Both the position numbers and the translations under genes were made by a program. From Neoechinorhynchus agilis (lineage: Eukaryota; Animalia; Acanthocephala), in contig CM121342.1 in the NCBI GenBank assembly GCA_051530055.1, positions 2,452,797 through 2,516,796 on the forward strand: a stretch of DNA of 64,000 nt, given 5' to 3'. Of this stretch, positions 23,050-35,540 are shown one piece after another; position 1 is the stretch's first letter; each line of letters begins with the position of its first letter. Under the pieces are notes generated by a model. It saw nothing but the letters and a program-made list of their open reading frames with translations. It was not told where the DNA came from and searched no databases.

Positions 23050-25080
23050 ATATGTCTCCGTCAATGTTTACGCCACAGGATGTCCATGCTCGCCTGTCGC
23101 AAATGACTCCTTTCCATTGATTGCTCCGTCTATCCCTCAGCCATATTTTTTCAGACGGTTGGAATTCCCTGATTTGCGTTCTTGCATCGTATTCATTTTT
23201 TTGTACGTTTCTCCTTCGTGTCGCTGTTGCAAATTTGTTCAGGAATATTCTACTGGTATAAGGGAGCTCCAGGTACCTTCGGTCGTTTGGTCTGACAATC
23301 TAAACATGCCCCAACCTTATGCTCGATGTCGTCGTGTATTGATGGCCATCAGCAATAAAAACGCGAAAGATCGCTTATGGCCGCTATTCCCGGATATCCA
23401 GAGTGTAACACATGGAGCACTGTACTTCTGAGGCTTTGAAGAATCACGAGACGCTGTAGCCACAACAAGACTCCGTCCTCGACCGAAAGATCTTTTCGTC
23501 GTGCTAAGTTCATTTGGAATCGCTGATGGCCAGCCACTCGAAAGATATGGCTTAACAGTTCATAATTCCTTGTCCGATTCCGTCGCTTTTCGAATTTCGT
23601 CGAACGTGAATCTGATATTCTTCATGGTATGCTCTTGGATCAAGTGAAATTCGATTTCGTCGTTCGTCGTGGTGTCAATCTAGAAAGGGTGTCGGCCAGT
23701 TGATTCTCTTCTCCTATAGTAAACTCTAGCACGTAGTCGTATTGTGATAGTTCTATTCCCCATCGGATCAATCTTTGATTTGTCATCTTTGACAAGTTCC
23801 GATTTGTTCCGAAGACGTACTTCAGTGGTTTATGGTCGCTGTACAGGACGAACTTGCGACCTGCCAGATACTGATGGAATCTCCGAACCGCAAAGATTAT
23901 CGCCAAACCTTCCTTTCTATTTGAGATAAATTGATTTCTGGCCCCTTTAGTGTTCGCGATGCATACGCTACTGGAAATGGTCTGCCATCATCTTGTATCT
24001 GCATAAGAACAGCTCCAAGGCCTTTTCCACTTGTGTCACATCACAATCGAGTTTCCCTTTTTAGATCGAAAGTCTTAAGAACTTGAGCATTCATCAATGA
24101 TTCCCTCACTTCTTGGAAAGCTTCCTCCTGCTTCGTGTCCCACTCCCATTTTTTCCTTGCTTGTTATCCTGGAATGAACATTTGCAAAAAATTGTCGTTT
24201 CCAAAAATGTCCTGAGCTCTCCTTTATTACGTGGTCGGGGAAGTGCTAAAATAGCTTTTATTTTTGTTGCACTTGGTCGTACATGATCTCGGCGTAGTTC
24301 GTGGCCCAGATATTCAATTCCCTCCTGTAAGAAGACACATTTGTCTCGATTCAACTTTAATCCCACTTCCTGTTATTTGTGCAGTACCTCGGATAAATTC
24401 GAGAGATTGTTTCTTTGTGTTTTTCCAGTGGTCAGTACGTCGTGCAAGTATACTGCAACTCCTGGAATTCCCTGCAGGAGATCGTCCAATATTGTTGAAG
24501 GATGGCCGGTGCCAAGCTGATACTGAAAGGCAATCGCTCAATTGGAAGAATCTTCGCGGTGTGGATATCGTTAAATATGGCATTGATTCGGGACTTATGG
24601 GCAGTTGCAGATATGCCTCATTTATGTCGAGCCCGGAATAGACCTCGCCACTCGCTATTTTACTCATTATTTTTTCCAATGTTGGTAGCGAATAACTGTT
24701 GACTCTGAGAAACTTCGCCTTATCAATCATCTAAAAAGGTTTTTGGTTATTGCCATTCCTATGTTTTGTCTAATAGGCTCGGGTTGACAGGTTTGCTACT
24801 TCTAACAAAGTTCGCGGACCGTGTGGCCGCTCGGAAACCCTGCACTGTATCGTATGTTCTATTGATTTTAACTACGTCATTAGCAGGTAGTTTTACGCTG
24901 AAATTCGCCTTATTGATTTTCATTTTATTAGCCGCAGAGATGTGTGCAAGGCCTCAAGAACAAGACGCCTTCAAAGATTTGGCTCCTTCTCTATAAATTC
25001 CGTCCCATCAAAATCTATGCGATGCTGCATAGTTTCCTGATGGTTTGAAATCGCAGATGAGCGGTCGAACCGTCGACAGG
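23050..25080 (-). mobile_element. Degraded Gypsy pol (RT-RNaseH-start of integrase)
   Basis: LPTLEKIM..IASG..YS.LDI..AYLQ; GLKLNRDKC.F....IEYLGH; AIIFAVRRFHQYLAGRKFVLYSDHKPL; LHSGYPGI. Multiple frameshifts. Confidence 0.85.
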
Positions 25081-25127
25081 CTTGTTTATGCTGGGTGACT
25101 CTTCTAGGAATGCCCTGCATTGTTCGT

Positions 25128-28100
25128 AGAGGGTTTCAGATGTTTCCCTCGATGCGCGTACGAAAATCAATTACAAAGCTTTCTATTAAGCTACCGAAAC
25201 TGTCCAAATGCGACGACCGGAGTAAGTCCTGCGGTGGCGATGTTCGGACGCCCAATTCGAGTACTATTCGATAACCTTCACAAGGACGACCACGACACTA
25301 GGGTGGAAAACAAAGAAAAATGGAAGGATAAGCACGACCAAGGCTCAAAATGGAGGGAATTCGAGAAGGACGAGCAGGTGTGGTGCAAGACGCAACATGA
25401 TCGACGATGGTGTTCAGGGCGAGTTGAGAATCGAAATGGTCTCGTCTCCTATGAAGTTAGGACCGAAAGAGGGATAGGGAGAAAACACGCCGATCACCTG
25501 AGACCAGCAGTAGCCATAGCAGAGGCAGGGGAATTGCCGCACGGGGAACAAACGCCCAATGAGCCCATCAATGATGAACCAACGAATGAGACGGAAAGGG
25601 AATCCAATGTCACGGACTCATTGCGAAGAGTACGAGAATACGACGTCGACCTGAGTGGTTAAGCGATTACGACACCTCCGGTCTCAATTAAGGAGGGGAG
25701 AAATGTTATATAGTGAGCCATCGTGACACGCACTGCGCGTCCGATCGATGATGACCAAACGATGTTTGGGGGTGTGTGCGTTTGTTTTTGGTTTTTGCAG
25801 TTGGTCAGGTTTTGAAAAAACGTTAATAAAACTTATCATGAAGAGTGAAGATACTTCAATTGGTGGCAGCGGTGGGATTCAGGATTTGGACCGTAATTTA
25901 GAACTGTTCCGAATGGGCCCGTGTTCGGAATCCACGCGCGTAGGATGGACAACGTGCATTCGTCGTTTCGATTGACACCTATGGTTAAAAGGTATCCGCG
26001 GAATCGAGAAACGGGTGTCCGAAGCGAAAGCGATGCTGCTATTGGCGTTTATGGGTGATACTAACCTAAGCAAATTGGAAAGGCATGTATTTCCTAAGGA
26101 TGTCAGTAATCTTGGTTACCAGGAAATTATTCAGTCAATGACCGATCTGCTCACGCCAACTACGACAATATTTGCTGCCCGTTTTGCGTTCGAGAAAGCC
26201 AATAGAAAAGATGGTGAGTCTTTTCAACGAGTTTGCAGATCGATTGCGGACGCTAAGTGTGTGCTGTAGCTATGGGGAAAACTTGGACGAACGGTTACGA
26301 AATCGTTTCGCTATTGGTTTGAACGATGCCCGAATCTAGACGGAGATAAGGTGCCGTTGGCCAGACGAGATACAGGAAAAAAATTGTATCGATGAAACAA
26401 GTCCTAGATCTATGCATCCCAATGGAACGAGCGATAGCTGAGGTAAGACAAACGAAGGACGAAGATGCAGGTACGTTGCACCGGGTAGTGGTAAGAAACT
26501 TCGAGAAGTGGAATCACGCCGATGATCGAAGAAGAAGAACCATCTGTAATCGATGTGGAAAAGTGTATTTTTCGAGGAGGAAACTCTCAGACCTTTCCAA
26601 ACAGCCGAGGAGGAAGATGTTTCAACTGTGGTAGATTTGGCCATTTTGCACGGAATTGTTTCCGATCGCAGGTCAAGCAGGTAAAACAGATTGGAGAGGA
26701 GGAAGAAGTGATTAGAAACATCAACGCTGTTGGACAAAACCAAAAGTGGACGCTAATTCTTAAAGTCAATCAAAGATCAGTGGAGATGGAATATGACACG
26801 GGTGCTGGTGTCTCGATGCGGATTTGGACACAATTAGGATCTAAACCGCTTAGAGAGGGTCTTCGCCTAAAAGCATATGGTGGACAGGCACTCGACACTG
26901 TGGGAACTGGTCAAGTGGAGGTGGAATTCGAGGGACGCCGAGCCATGGTCGAAGTTGCCGTGGTGCGAACCATGGATAGAGCATTGTGTGGACTAAATTG
27001 GATATGTGCTGTTGGTATAGTTCCGGTGCAGTTAGATGCGATCTGGAGAGGAAACCAAGTGATGGGGATCGGTGTGGTATCCCCAATAAATCAGATGGAG
27101 ATGAAACCAGAGAAGGAATATGCTAAACTGTTTTCGAATGAATTGGGGAAAATCAAGGGATATCAAGTGGAATTGTCAGTGAGAGATGATGCGAGTCCAA
27201 AACATTTTCCGGCGCGGAGAGTTCCTCTTCCGATGGTTGAATGTTTACAGGAGGAGATGAACAGGCTTCAAGCAATCGGCGTTCTAAGGAAAGTGGATCC
27301 GACGAGAGAACCGCTGGAATGGGCCACACCGATCGTTCTCATGAAGAAAGCGAATAACAGGATCAGAGTATGTTGTGATTTTCGAGCCACTATAAACGAA
27401 TATCTTAAAAGAGACTTGTATAATTCCGAAAATCGAGGATATATTAAGCAAGATCGGTTCCGGACGGAAATGTAGCAAACTCGATCTGAAAGATGCCTAC
27501 CTACAGTTACCGGTATCACAAAAATCGCAAAAACTATTGACGATTACAACGCCTATGGGTTATTATCAATATACGAGATTGCCATTTGGGATCTATTCAG
27601 CGCCTTTCATATTTCAGCGATTTATGAATCAGTTATTAGAAGATATTCCGAATGTCACAGTATACTTAGATGATATCGTGATAGGCGGAAACGACGATGA
27701 GCAACACATATACAACCTACGTCGAGTTCTGCAGAGATTGGAAGACACAGGATTAACACTGAAGTTAGGAAAATGCTGTTTTCTCCAGGAAAAGGTTGAG
27801 ATTTTAGGAATGATCTGGGAATCGGGGAAAATAAGAGCACCACCAGCAAAATTGCGGTCAATGATCAATTGTCCACCTCCGAAAACACGAACGCAATTGA
27901 GAGCCTTCCTCGGAGCAGCAGGATAACATGAACGATTTTTGCCACATTTGCACGCTGTGTGTAGTCCGCTTCATAGACTGACCAGTTCGAAGATTCCATG
28001 GAGATGGGGCAAAATAGAACAAGGTAGTTTCATGGCAGCGAAAAAGTTGATGGAACATCCGAAAGTGTTGATGCCGTATGCTGCTGAAAAAGAGGTGATC

Positions 28101-29658
28101 CTGTCGTGTGATGCGAGTGAAGTGGGGTTTGGGCGGTACTCTTGCAGCAGGAAGGGAGAAACTGGAGAGCGATCGCGTATGCGTCAAGAACTTTATCACC
28201 TGCGGAAAAAAATATTCAACAATAGATAAAGAAGCCGGGGCGATATTGTTTGGAATAAAGAAATTTTACCACTTCTTATTCGGACGTAGTTTTCGACTGA
28301 TGACCGATCACAAACCTTTGATTCACATATTCGGACATAAAAAAGAATTGAATCAGATACATGGTAACCGTTTGCGAAGATGGGCGATTGTGTTGGCCGA
28401 ATATGATTACACCATCGAATATGTGAAAGGCAAAGAGAATGTATATGCCGATGCACTATCAAGAATACCAGAAGTTTCAAATGAACCAGTGGAGAGTTTT
28501 GTCAATGAAATTGATCTAATAGATTGTGACGATTCAAAACTCATAAACGCAGAAATGTTGAAACGGAGTTTAAGAAACGATAATGTGCTGGCGAGGGTGT
28601 GTAGGTATATCAAGACACAATGGCCCGAAGTGATTCCGAATGATTTACGGATATATTACGAAAAGAGGGGAGAAATATCGGTCGAAAACAACATCCTATT
28701 TTGGCTGGGTAGGATGATTATCCTTGGGGCGTTGCGAGATGGGGTTCTCAAAATGCTACATCAAAGCCATCCCGGATGTACGTCGATGAAGTCTTTGGCC
28801 AGGATGTACGTCTGGTGGCCACGATTGGATAAAGCGATGGAAGACTATGTGAGTCGATGTCAGGCGTGTCAAGAAGAGCAACCGGAGCTACTAGAGATGG
28901 ATATGATACCTTGGGATGTGCCGAGGACTCCCTGGGAGCGGATCCACATAGATTACGCTGGTCCAGTGCAAAACACAATGTGGCTCATCGTGGTCGATGC
29001 GTTCACGAAGTGGCCAGAGGTAATCGAAGTGCGCTCGAATGATGCGACGACCCTCGTCGCTCATATGCGCCGATTATTCTGCCGTTTCGGTTTGCCAAAA
29101 AAGGTGGTCATGGATAACGGTTCAAGCTTCCGATCCGAAACGTTTCAAGATTTCCTAATGAGTAATGGAATTAAACCTATTCATTCGACATCATACCACC
29201 TTCGTACTAACGGTCAAGCTGAGCGATTTGTTCGAACAGTAAAAGAGAGGGTTTCAGATTTTTCCCTCGATGCGCGTACGAAAATCAATTACAAAGCTTT
29301 CTATTAAGCTACCGAAACTGTCCAAATGCGACGACCGGAGTAAGTCCTGCGGTGGCGATGTTCGGACGCCCAATTCGAGTACTATTCGATAACCTTCACA
29401 AGGACGACCACGACACTAGGGTGGAAAACAAAGAAAAATGGAAGGATAAGCACGACCAAGGCTCAAAATGGAGGGAATTCGAGAAGGACGAGCAGGTGTG
29501 GTGCAAGACGCAACATGATCGACGATGGTGTTCAGGGCGAGTTGAGAATCGAAATGGTCCCGTCTCCTATGAAGTTAGGACCGAAAGAGGGATAGGGAGA
29601 AAACACGCCGATCACCTGAGACCAGCAGTAGCCATAGCAGAGGCAGGGGAATTGCCGC
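25128..29658 (+). mobile_element. Gypsy LTR retrotransposon, circularly permuted/tandem: IN 3' end-PPT-LTR-PBS-gag-pol, inactivated
   Basis: CCHC knuckle CFNCGRFGHFARNC, protease YDTGA, RT YLDD, RNaseH CDAS and DHKPL, integrase HPG..M...W, IHIDYAGP, DNG, NGQAERFV. 25128-25540 repeats 29246-29658. Several stops and frameshifts. Confidence 0.95.
25704..25858 (+). repeat. Single 155 bp LTR (TG...CA) with PPT at 25690-25703 and tRNA-Leu-type PBS at 25861-25880
   Basis: aaggaggggagaaa|TGTTATA...TACTTCA|at|TGGTGGCAGCGGTGGGATTC; PBS is complementary to the 3' end typical of eukaryotic tRNA-Leu. AATAAA at 25825. Confidence 0.85.
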
Positions 29659-29659
29659 G

Positions 29660-30190
29660 ATCTTGTGCCTCATTGGTTGATGACTGGACCAGTGCGGTAT
29701 CCCCAAGGCACGTTGGACTTGCGAAATACAGCAGTGTTTACCCTAGCCTTGTGTTGACCGTTTAATCAGGACGTCCAGGAACGGAATCTTTCCTTCGTCA
29801 TTCTCGTTATTAACGGTCCACTGAATGTGCGGATCTTGACTGTTCAATGCGGCCTTAAGTGATTTATTACTGTGGTTAGAATCAATCATAATGAACACAT
29901 CATCCACATACCGCCACCACCGTGTGCCAAGAAAGTGGACTACCACTCCCGCATGTAGATGTCAGCTGAGGTCGGAGCTAATGGTGATCCCATAGCTACT
30001 CTATTTGTTCGATAGTAAAATGTCACTTCGAATTAAAAAGCGGTCATTCTTGTGAACCATTGGCTCAGTGACTTTGTGAGTAAGTCCGCCGCTAATTCAA
30101 TCGTTTTATCCAGTGGGACATTGGTGAAAAGAGCGTTCACATCAGTCGTAAACATCCTGTATTGCTCGACTTTAGTTTCCTCATCTCAGT
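29660..30190 (-). mobile_element. Penelope-like RT fragment
   Basis: DVNALFTNVP, AMGSPLAP, WWRYVDDVF, IPFLDVLI, HWSSHQP..HK. Confidence 0.85.
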
Positions 30191-30199
30191 CTCAAAAGT

Positions 30200-30640
30200 T
30201 CGAGCAGTCAAAGATGTCCAGGCTAGAGAATGAACAAGAAGCAATCTGGAAAGCTCGGAGGGTTCCATTTGCGTTGGATGAAGCGCTAGAAGAAGAATTA
30301 GAAAGACCAGTTAGTGATGGAATGCTGGTCGCAATAGACGTGCCGAAGGAAAATATAAAATGGGCATCCCCGATGGTGGTTGTTAGGAAAGCGAACGGAA
30401 ATATCAGGGCATGTGGGTTTTAGCGTTTGAAAAAGTAACGCTGAAGCTCGCCAATGCGAAATTGTATAGCACAATCGACCTCAATGATGCATATATATAT
30501 GTGGAGATTCTTGTCAACGATCAGAATGGTAGAATGATGAAGATAACCACCCCGATATGACGTTTCAAGTGCAAGAGATTACCTTTTAGGAATCTCCGCC
30601 GCCCTGCGATTTTCCAGTGGTATATTAACGGTGTGCTCCG
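30200..30640 (+). mobile_element. Degraded Gypsy RT fragment
   Basis: KARRVPFAL...EEEL...KWASPMVVVRKANGNIR, then a decayed IDLNDAY region. Confidence 0.75.
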
Positions 30641-31559
30641 AGAGTTTAGAAGAAATTTAATTTTACTGTTGAAGAGCGATTGGGGCGGTAACGGATTCGA
30701 ACTCGTTAACCCTTAACTGGGATCTATCCGGAGGGATGTACAAACTTATAACCGTACGGTCTTGGGACATTGAGCGAGGACCAGCGCTTCCCAGACCGAA
30801 ATCGATGGATTGCGAGTGTCCATTCGGCTGTGTATGGAAAAAAACATATCATATTTTGTTTTTTATCTGACTCCGTTTTCAAATGAACTGTTTAAAAAAT
30901 AAAACTCTGTGTGCCCATCTTAATAGATACGCATCCTCAAAACATTTGAAGTTAATTTTTTTGTTAAATAGATGGACCACGAGGCAATTAAATTGGAAAT
31001 ACCAAATATTCCTCTCGCTTTGATAATCAAGCTCTGCGTCATCGCAATGTTTTTAAACAGATTAGATAATCAATTTATTTTAACAGCTCGACTATTAAGA
31101 CTTGACATGATGGCAACGTTTAATTTTATATAGTGCCTAAGAAGCGCTTACAAAAATTGGGAAGTTTCATTTTGTAAATAATTTAGTACTCGTATAAAAT
31201 CGATGTGCTGATCCAGTGCCGTAGAGATTCGGTGGCCCGCGATCCGAAAACATTACGCGATCAAAGGTAGCGGTTCAGTTACCGCGTTTCCGGTTCCACC
31301 GCTGCGGCGAACATTTTTAATCAACATCTAAGGCCTTTTATTTTTAATGACTGCAAGGACATTAAAAATTACAGAAAGATTTTATTAACTATTTAGAAAT
31401 TTTACAGAGGCATATTTTTTCTTTTTTTTATTGAGGAGCCTAGAAAAAAAGCTACCTTAAAAAAATATTTGGGATATTATTCGAGTCAATGGATATGCAA
31501 AATAAAAGAAATTTCTATTGGTAGTTATCCCTACCCGGATTAAAATTAGTAGATTTAAT

Positions 31560-32830
31560 GCCGTTATTTCGTCCGATAATTTCGGCAGTATCAAGGTTTA
31601 TCATCTAAAATACTAACACACAAGTGTTATCCTGTAGACTAGTTATTGTCATGCGATATGGACTCTTTGTCCGCTAAAACCTCTGAAGAAGAGCACCATT
31701 GCTTCCTCATTGGCAATTTCAAGCTGATGCTCGTTTTTTGGCTTCCATAGGTTGAACTAAGCATTCTATTTTGATGGCTTCCATTATTAACTGATTTCGT
31801 AAATTAGGTTGTACGCTTATCACATTCACGTCATCAAAATCAATTTGATGTTCGCAATTCACCCTGTGATTGGCTATTGCTGAGGAAGCATCGTAACGCC
31901 TACATGCATATCTGTGCTCTGCGATCCTTTTGCTGAGTCCTTGTTTGGTCTGTCCCGCATATTTGGCTAGACAGTCTTTGCAACGGACATCGAATACAAC
32001 TTGATATTGCTCACATTTTGACTTATTTTTAAGGATGACTGCGAGGTTCTCTTCTTTTGTATTGAACAGAAAGATTGTTTTGTCCAAGTTTCGCAAATCT
32101 CGATTAAGTACGGATTGAAGTTTGTTATTCACTAATTTAATTCCTATATATTTTGGTTTTTCATTCACCGAACATTTAATGATTCTTTTCTCTTGTCTAT
32201 TAGCGATGTTCTTGGCTTTGTGGTAATTTTTTTATCGCCGATTCAGAATAACCCCTAGCTCTCAAAACTTGAGTAATGAGACGTATTTCAACCGTTCTTA
32301 ACTTGTTAGTTGATCATATTCTATAGGATCTTAGAAACAGTGACACAGCTGTAGATCTCTTAAAGGACTCCGGATTGTGTCTAAGACCAATGCGAAGGAT
32401 ACCAGGCTAAATTTGGTTTTCTGGACACACTTTATTCTATCATTTGTAAGGAAGGTAGATGACGACTAACCTTAACACCAAGGAAATTGATAGTAACCTG
32501 CTCACACTCTTCCGCTGTTACAGCCAATTTGATGTTGTTATGTATGGAATGCAACAACTTTTTTAAATTGTTGGTATCAGTGCAATCTTCGATAATGAAG
32601 AATGTATCGTCCACATATCGCCAGTATTTCTTAAGTCCAGGGAGCAAACTTTTAATATCTTTTTACCACCCTCGCATGAACAGCTCAACTAAGGTTGGAG
32701 CTAGAGGTGATCCCATTGCGACACCGTCATGCTGTTCGTTGAATTTTTCCTCGAATTTGAAAACCCCCTTGCTACATGCTTCATCGTTCGACTAACCTGA
32801 AAACCTGTTACTCTTTAAAAAGTCTTAACA
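31560..32830 (-). mobile_element. Penelope-like element (RT + GIY-YIG endonuclease), degraded
   Basis: GVAMGSPLAP, YWRYVDDTF, INFLGV; VVFDVRCKDC...YAGQTK..LSKRIAEH, SAIANH, LIMEAI.I. Confidence 0.9.
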
Positions 32831-33370
32831 AATTATCGGAATAGATTATTAAGTATCTTTTATAGAATTCGATTAACTTCTTTATAAAGCGCTGCTCTTA
32901 ATGTTTGAAGATTTAATTATTCATGCTTGTTTATGGCAGAAAATTAAAGGAATATTTTATTGTGTTTATAAACTAATTACATTCCTTTTTTAATGTTCAA
33001 ATCTTCTATTTAAGAGAAAAGGTTAAAGATTATATTAGTTTGAGTATTAATAAAGTGCTCTGTGTTTCTAGATTTTTAATAAACTATTCCAAAAAATTTA
33101 GTTCATTAAATGACAATGTTCATTTTAAAGAACATAATTTTAGCTTCAAACTGCACACAATACATTGATGAAAAATAAAAAGTGTTTACAGAGAGGAGAA
33201 AATATACTTGGATTGTAAATATACTGGTGTAGAATGATTGCTAGATTGTTATGTTCCGGATATTGATCGTCAATACAAATATTGGGTAAGCGAAAAGTGC
33301 AATCCTTTTCGATACCCTTTTTTTCTGGAAACTTTCACACTTCCATTCTAAATTTACTAACGTCTTCTCC

Positions 33371-34201
33371 TTAAACGAAAGGATCATTTCCGCCTTCTCT
33401 AAAGGGCATCCTTTGCAAATGATCAGGATCTGGGTTCATAAATCGATTTCCCATTCTATCGGGAGCAGGAAAGACAGGATCGAATCGAGGTCTAAACGAC
33501 GAATTAGGATTGTAGTACATCCGTCCAAGCTGAGGAAAGAATTCGGGGGGAACCGATCTTGCACCATGGAACGGATCAAGATCTGGGTTTCCATACGGAA
33601 AGTAAATTGATGGTTGAACACGCGATGGCGTGTGATGTTGTTGTTGTTGTTTGTATGCAAGTGTTGACATTTGCGCTGGGCCCACTGGTTGCCCACTAGC
33701 TGAGCCCACATCGCCCGTTTTCTCTTTTTGAAAAGGTGCAAGGAATTTATCCATTCTGTCCATAAAGTCTCTCACATTCTTGAAGAGCCGATTAAACGTC
33801 TCAAATTGTAAAGTGACAAAATCGGATGCGTTTATGTTCATTGTTTCAGATCGGCCAGTTGAGAGTTTTGTAAAGATAATCGTTAAATTAACAGCATCGT
33901 CTTCTGATGGAGTAATTCCGTCGGTCAACGCTTGAGGATCTTCCATTGCGATCGATTGAATATAAAGAACATATCCACGATCATTCTTGCTCAATTCTGC
34001 TTCGAACACACTGTTGGAACCTTCTTGATGCCTTGCATTTTCAGGAATAATTTCGGTTAAAGCGCCGTTAATCGTGTATCTATATCCACATTTCAAAATG
34101 TACCAATGAATTAGCAGAGTCGCCGCCCGGATCCTATCTTTAACGTATGAGCGGTACAATTGGTATATCGTTTCCAAACCAAAGTTGTTCGCTTGATCCA
34201 T
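33371..34201 (-). CDS. PSMF1: Proteasome regulator PI31, single exon
   Basis: N-terminal FP-domain-like region (LLIHWYIL..GY) and Pro-rich tail with G.PDLDPF, PRFDP..P and PDPDHL motifs. Confidence 0.8.
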   Translation of the reverse strand: MDQANNFGLETIYQLYRSYVKDRIRAATLLIHWYILKCGYRYTINGALTEIIPENARHQEGSNSVFEAELSKNDRGYVLYIQSIAMEDPQALTDGITPSEDDAVNLTIIFTKLSTGRSETMNINASDFVTLQFETFNRLFKNVRDFMDRMDKFLAPFQKEKTGDVGSASGQPVGPAQMSTLAYKQQQQHHTPSRVQPSIYFPYGNPDLDPFHGARSVPPEFFPQLGRMYYNPNSSFRPRFDPVFPAPDRMGNRFMNPDPDHLQRMPFREGGNDPFV

Positions 34202-34943
34202 TACGGGACGTTTGTCTGAAATCGAGATGTAGATTATGCGGATTATATCGGGTTACTATTAAAGAACAAAATTCTGGCAATCTTTAAGGTATTTCGCGAC
34301 GAAACCTCGGGAGTGGGAAACTCGATTAAAAATCAAAAGGGAAACGTCGGAATTGTCTTTTCAATCAAAAGGGCCGTCTATATGCTCCAATCGTTCTGCT
34401 TTAAAAAATTCAAATTTTATTTGTTCTGTGCAGTTCAATCCGAAAATACTAACAAGCTGAAAGATTGCTATTTTCTAAGATTTATTTGCTTCAATATTAA
34501 AATCTCTGATTATTTCACTTTTAAAATAAAAAAGGATTAGAATAAATCGTTAAATTTACTTTAACCTGTGTGCTCAAACTAATCGCACCTTATTATGAAA
34601 GCAGTGGAAACGAGGAAAGTTGCTACATGACTAGAATAAATTATTAAGGACGCTACTACTTTAATCTTTTGATGTCTTTGATTATTGTCTTCGGGGGGAA
34701 AGATACTTTCTTGACAAACTTTGGGGAAATGTCGTAATTATCCACAGTGAAATAAATTAGTGAAATTAAATCCGAGTGATGGTATAACTAAGAAAAAGAA
34801 AGTATTTAAACTTTTGATTGAAAAATACGCAAATAAAAGAATTAAGCGTATGCTTACAGTGTTAAGCATCAAAATCATTTTATCAAGAAACTCGTCGTTT
34901 GTTGTGTTCTAACAAATACATCTTTGAGCTATAACGTATTTCA

Positions 34944-35014
34944 GTGAACGAAATTGAACCCACACGCCATGCGCTTCTATAGCTGCTAAGCGACATCGTA
35001 GACCATTATATCAC
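34944..35014 (-). pseudogene. tRNA-like relic
   Basis: A-box-like TGATATAATGGT and B-box-like GGGTTCAATTTC at tRNA spacing; only 4 bp of acceptor stem and no clean anticodon arm. Confidence 0.25.
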
Positions 35015-35540
35015 AATTCACGCGATTTATGGAATAAAAACCAGTACGAAAATTAAATTTCTCTCCATTACAAATTATTTTGTTAAGGCGATGCGTACTT
35101 TTTGCTCGGTTAGAAGTGTTTATCGGGAAAGTAAACGAATGACGAGTTTATTAAGCAATCCATGCTGACGAGTAGTTTCCTTCGGTACATAATCTTTATT
35201 AAACACCTAATTCTAACCGTCGTTTCTTGAATAACAGTTACTCTTTTTTTAATATCCTTTTTTGAATTCCTGCGAATGATCTTGGCCATAAAAATCCAAG
35301 TTCCCTAATCCATTTTATCAACTGATTATCTATAAAAAGTTTATCCTTGACGTTTGCCTTCTTGACAAAAAGATTAAGATTCCTTGAGAAAGCAACGAAG
35401 CGGATTTGGTCTTCGCGATCCGAGACTATTTTCATGAAATATAATTTCAATAATAACGGCAAGCGTATGAATTTACAATGAAGAAATAAAATTAATAACA
35501 AATTAGTGCTTAAGCCAAAGCAGCAATCGCAGCAACTATG

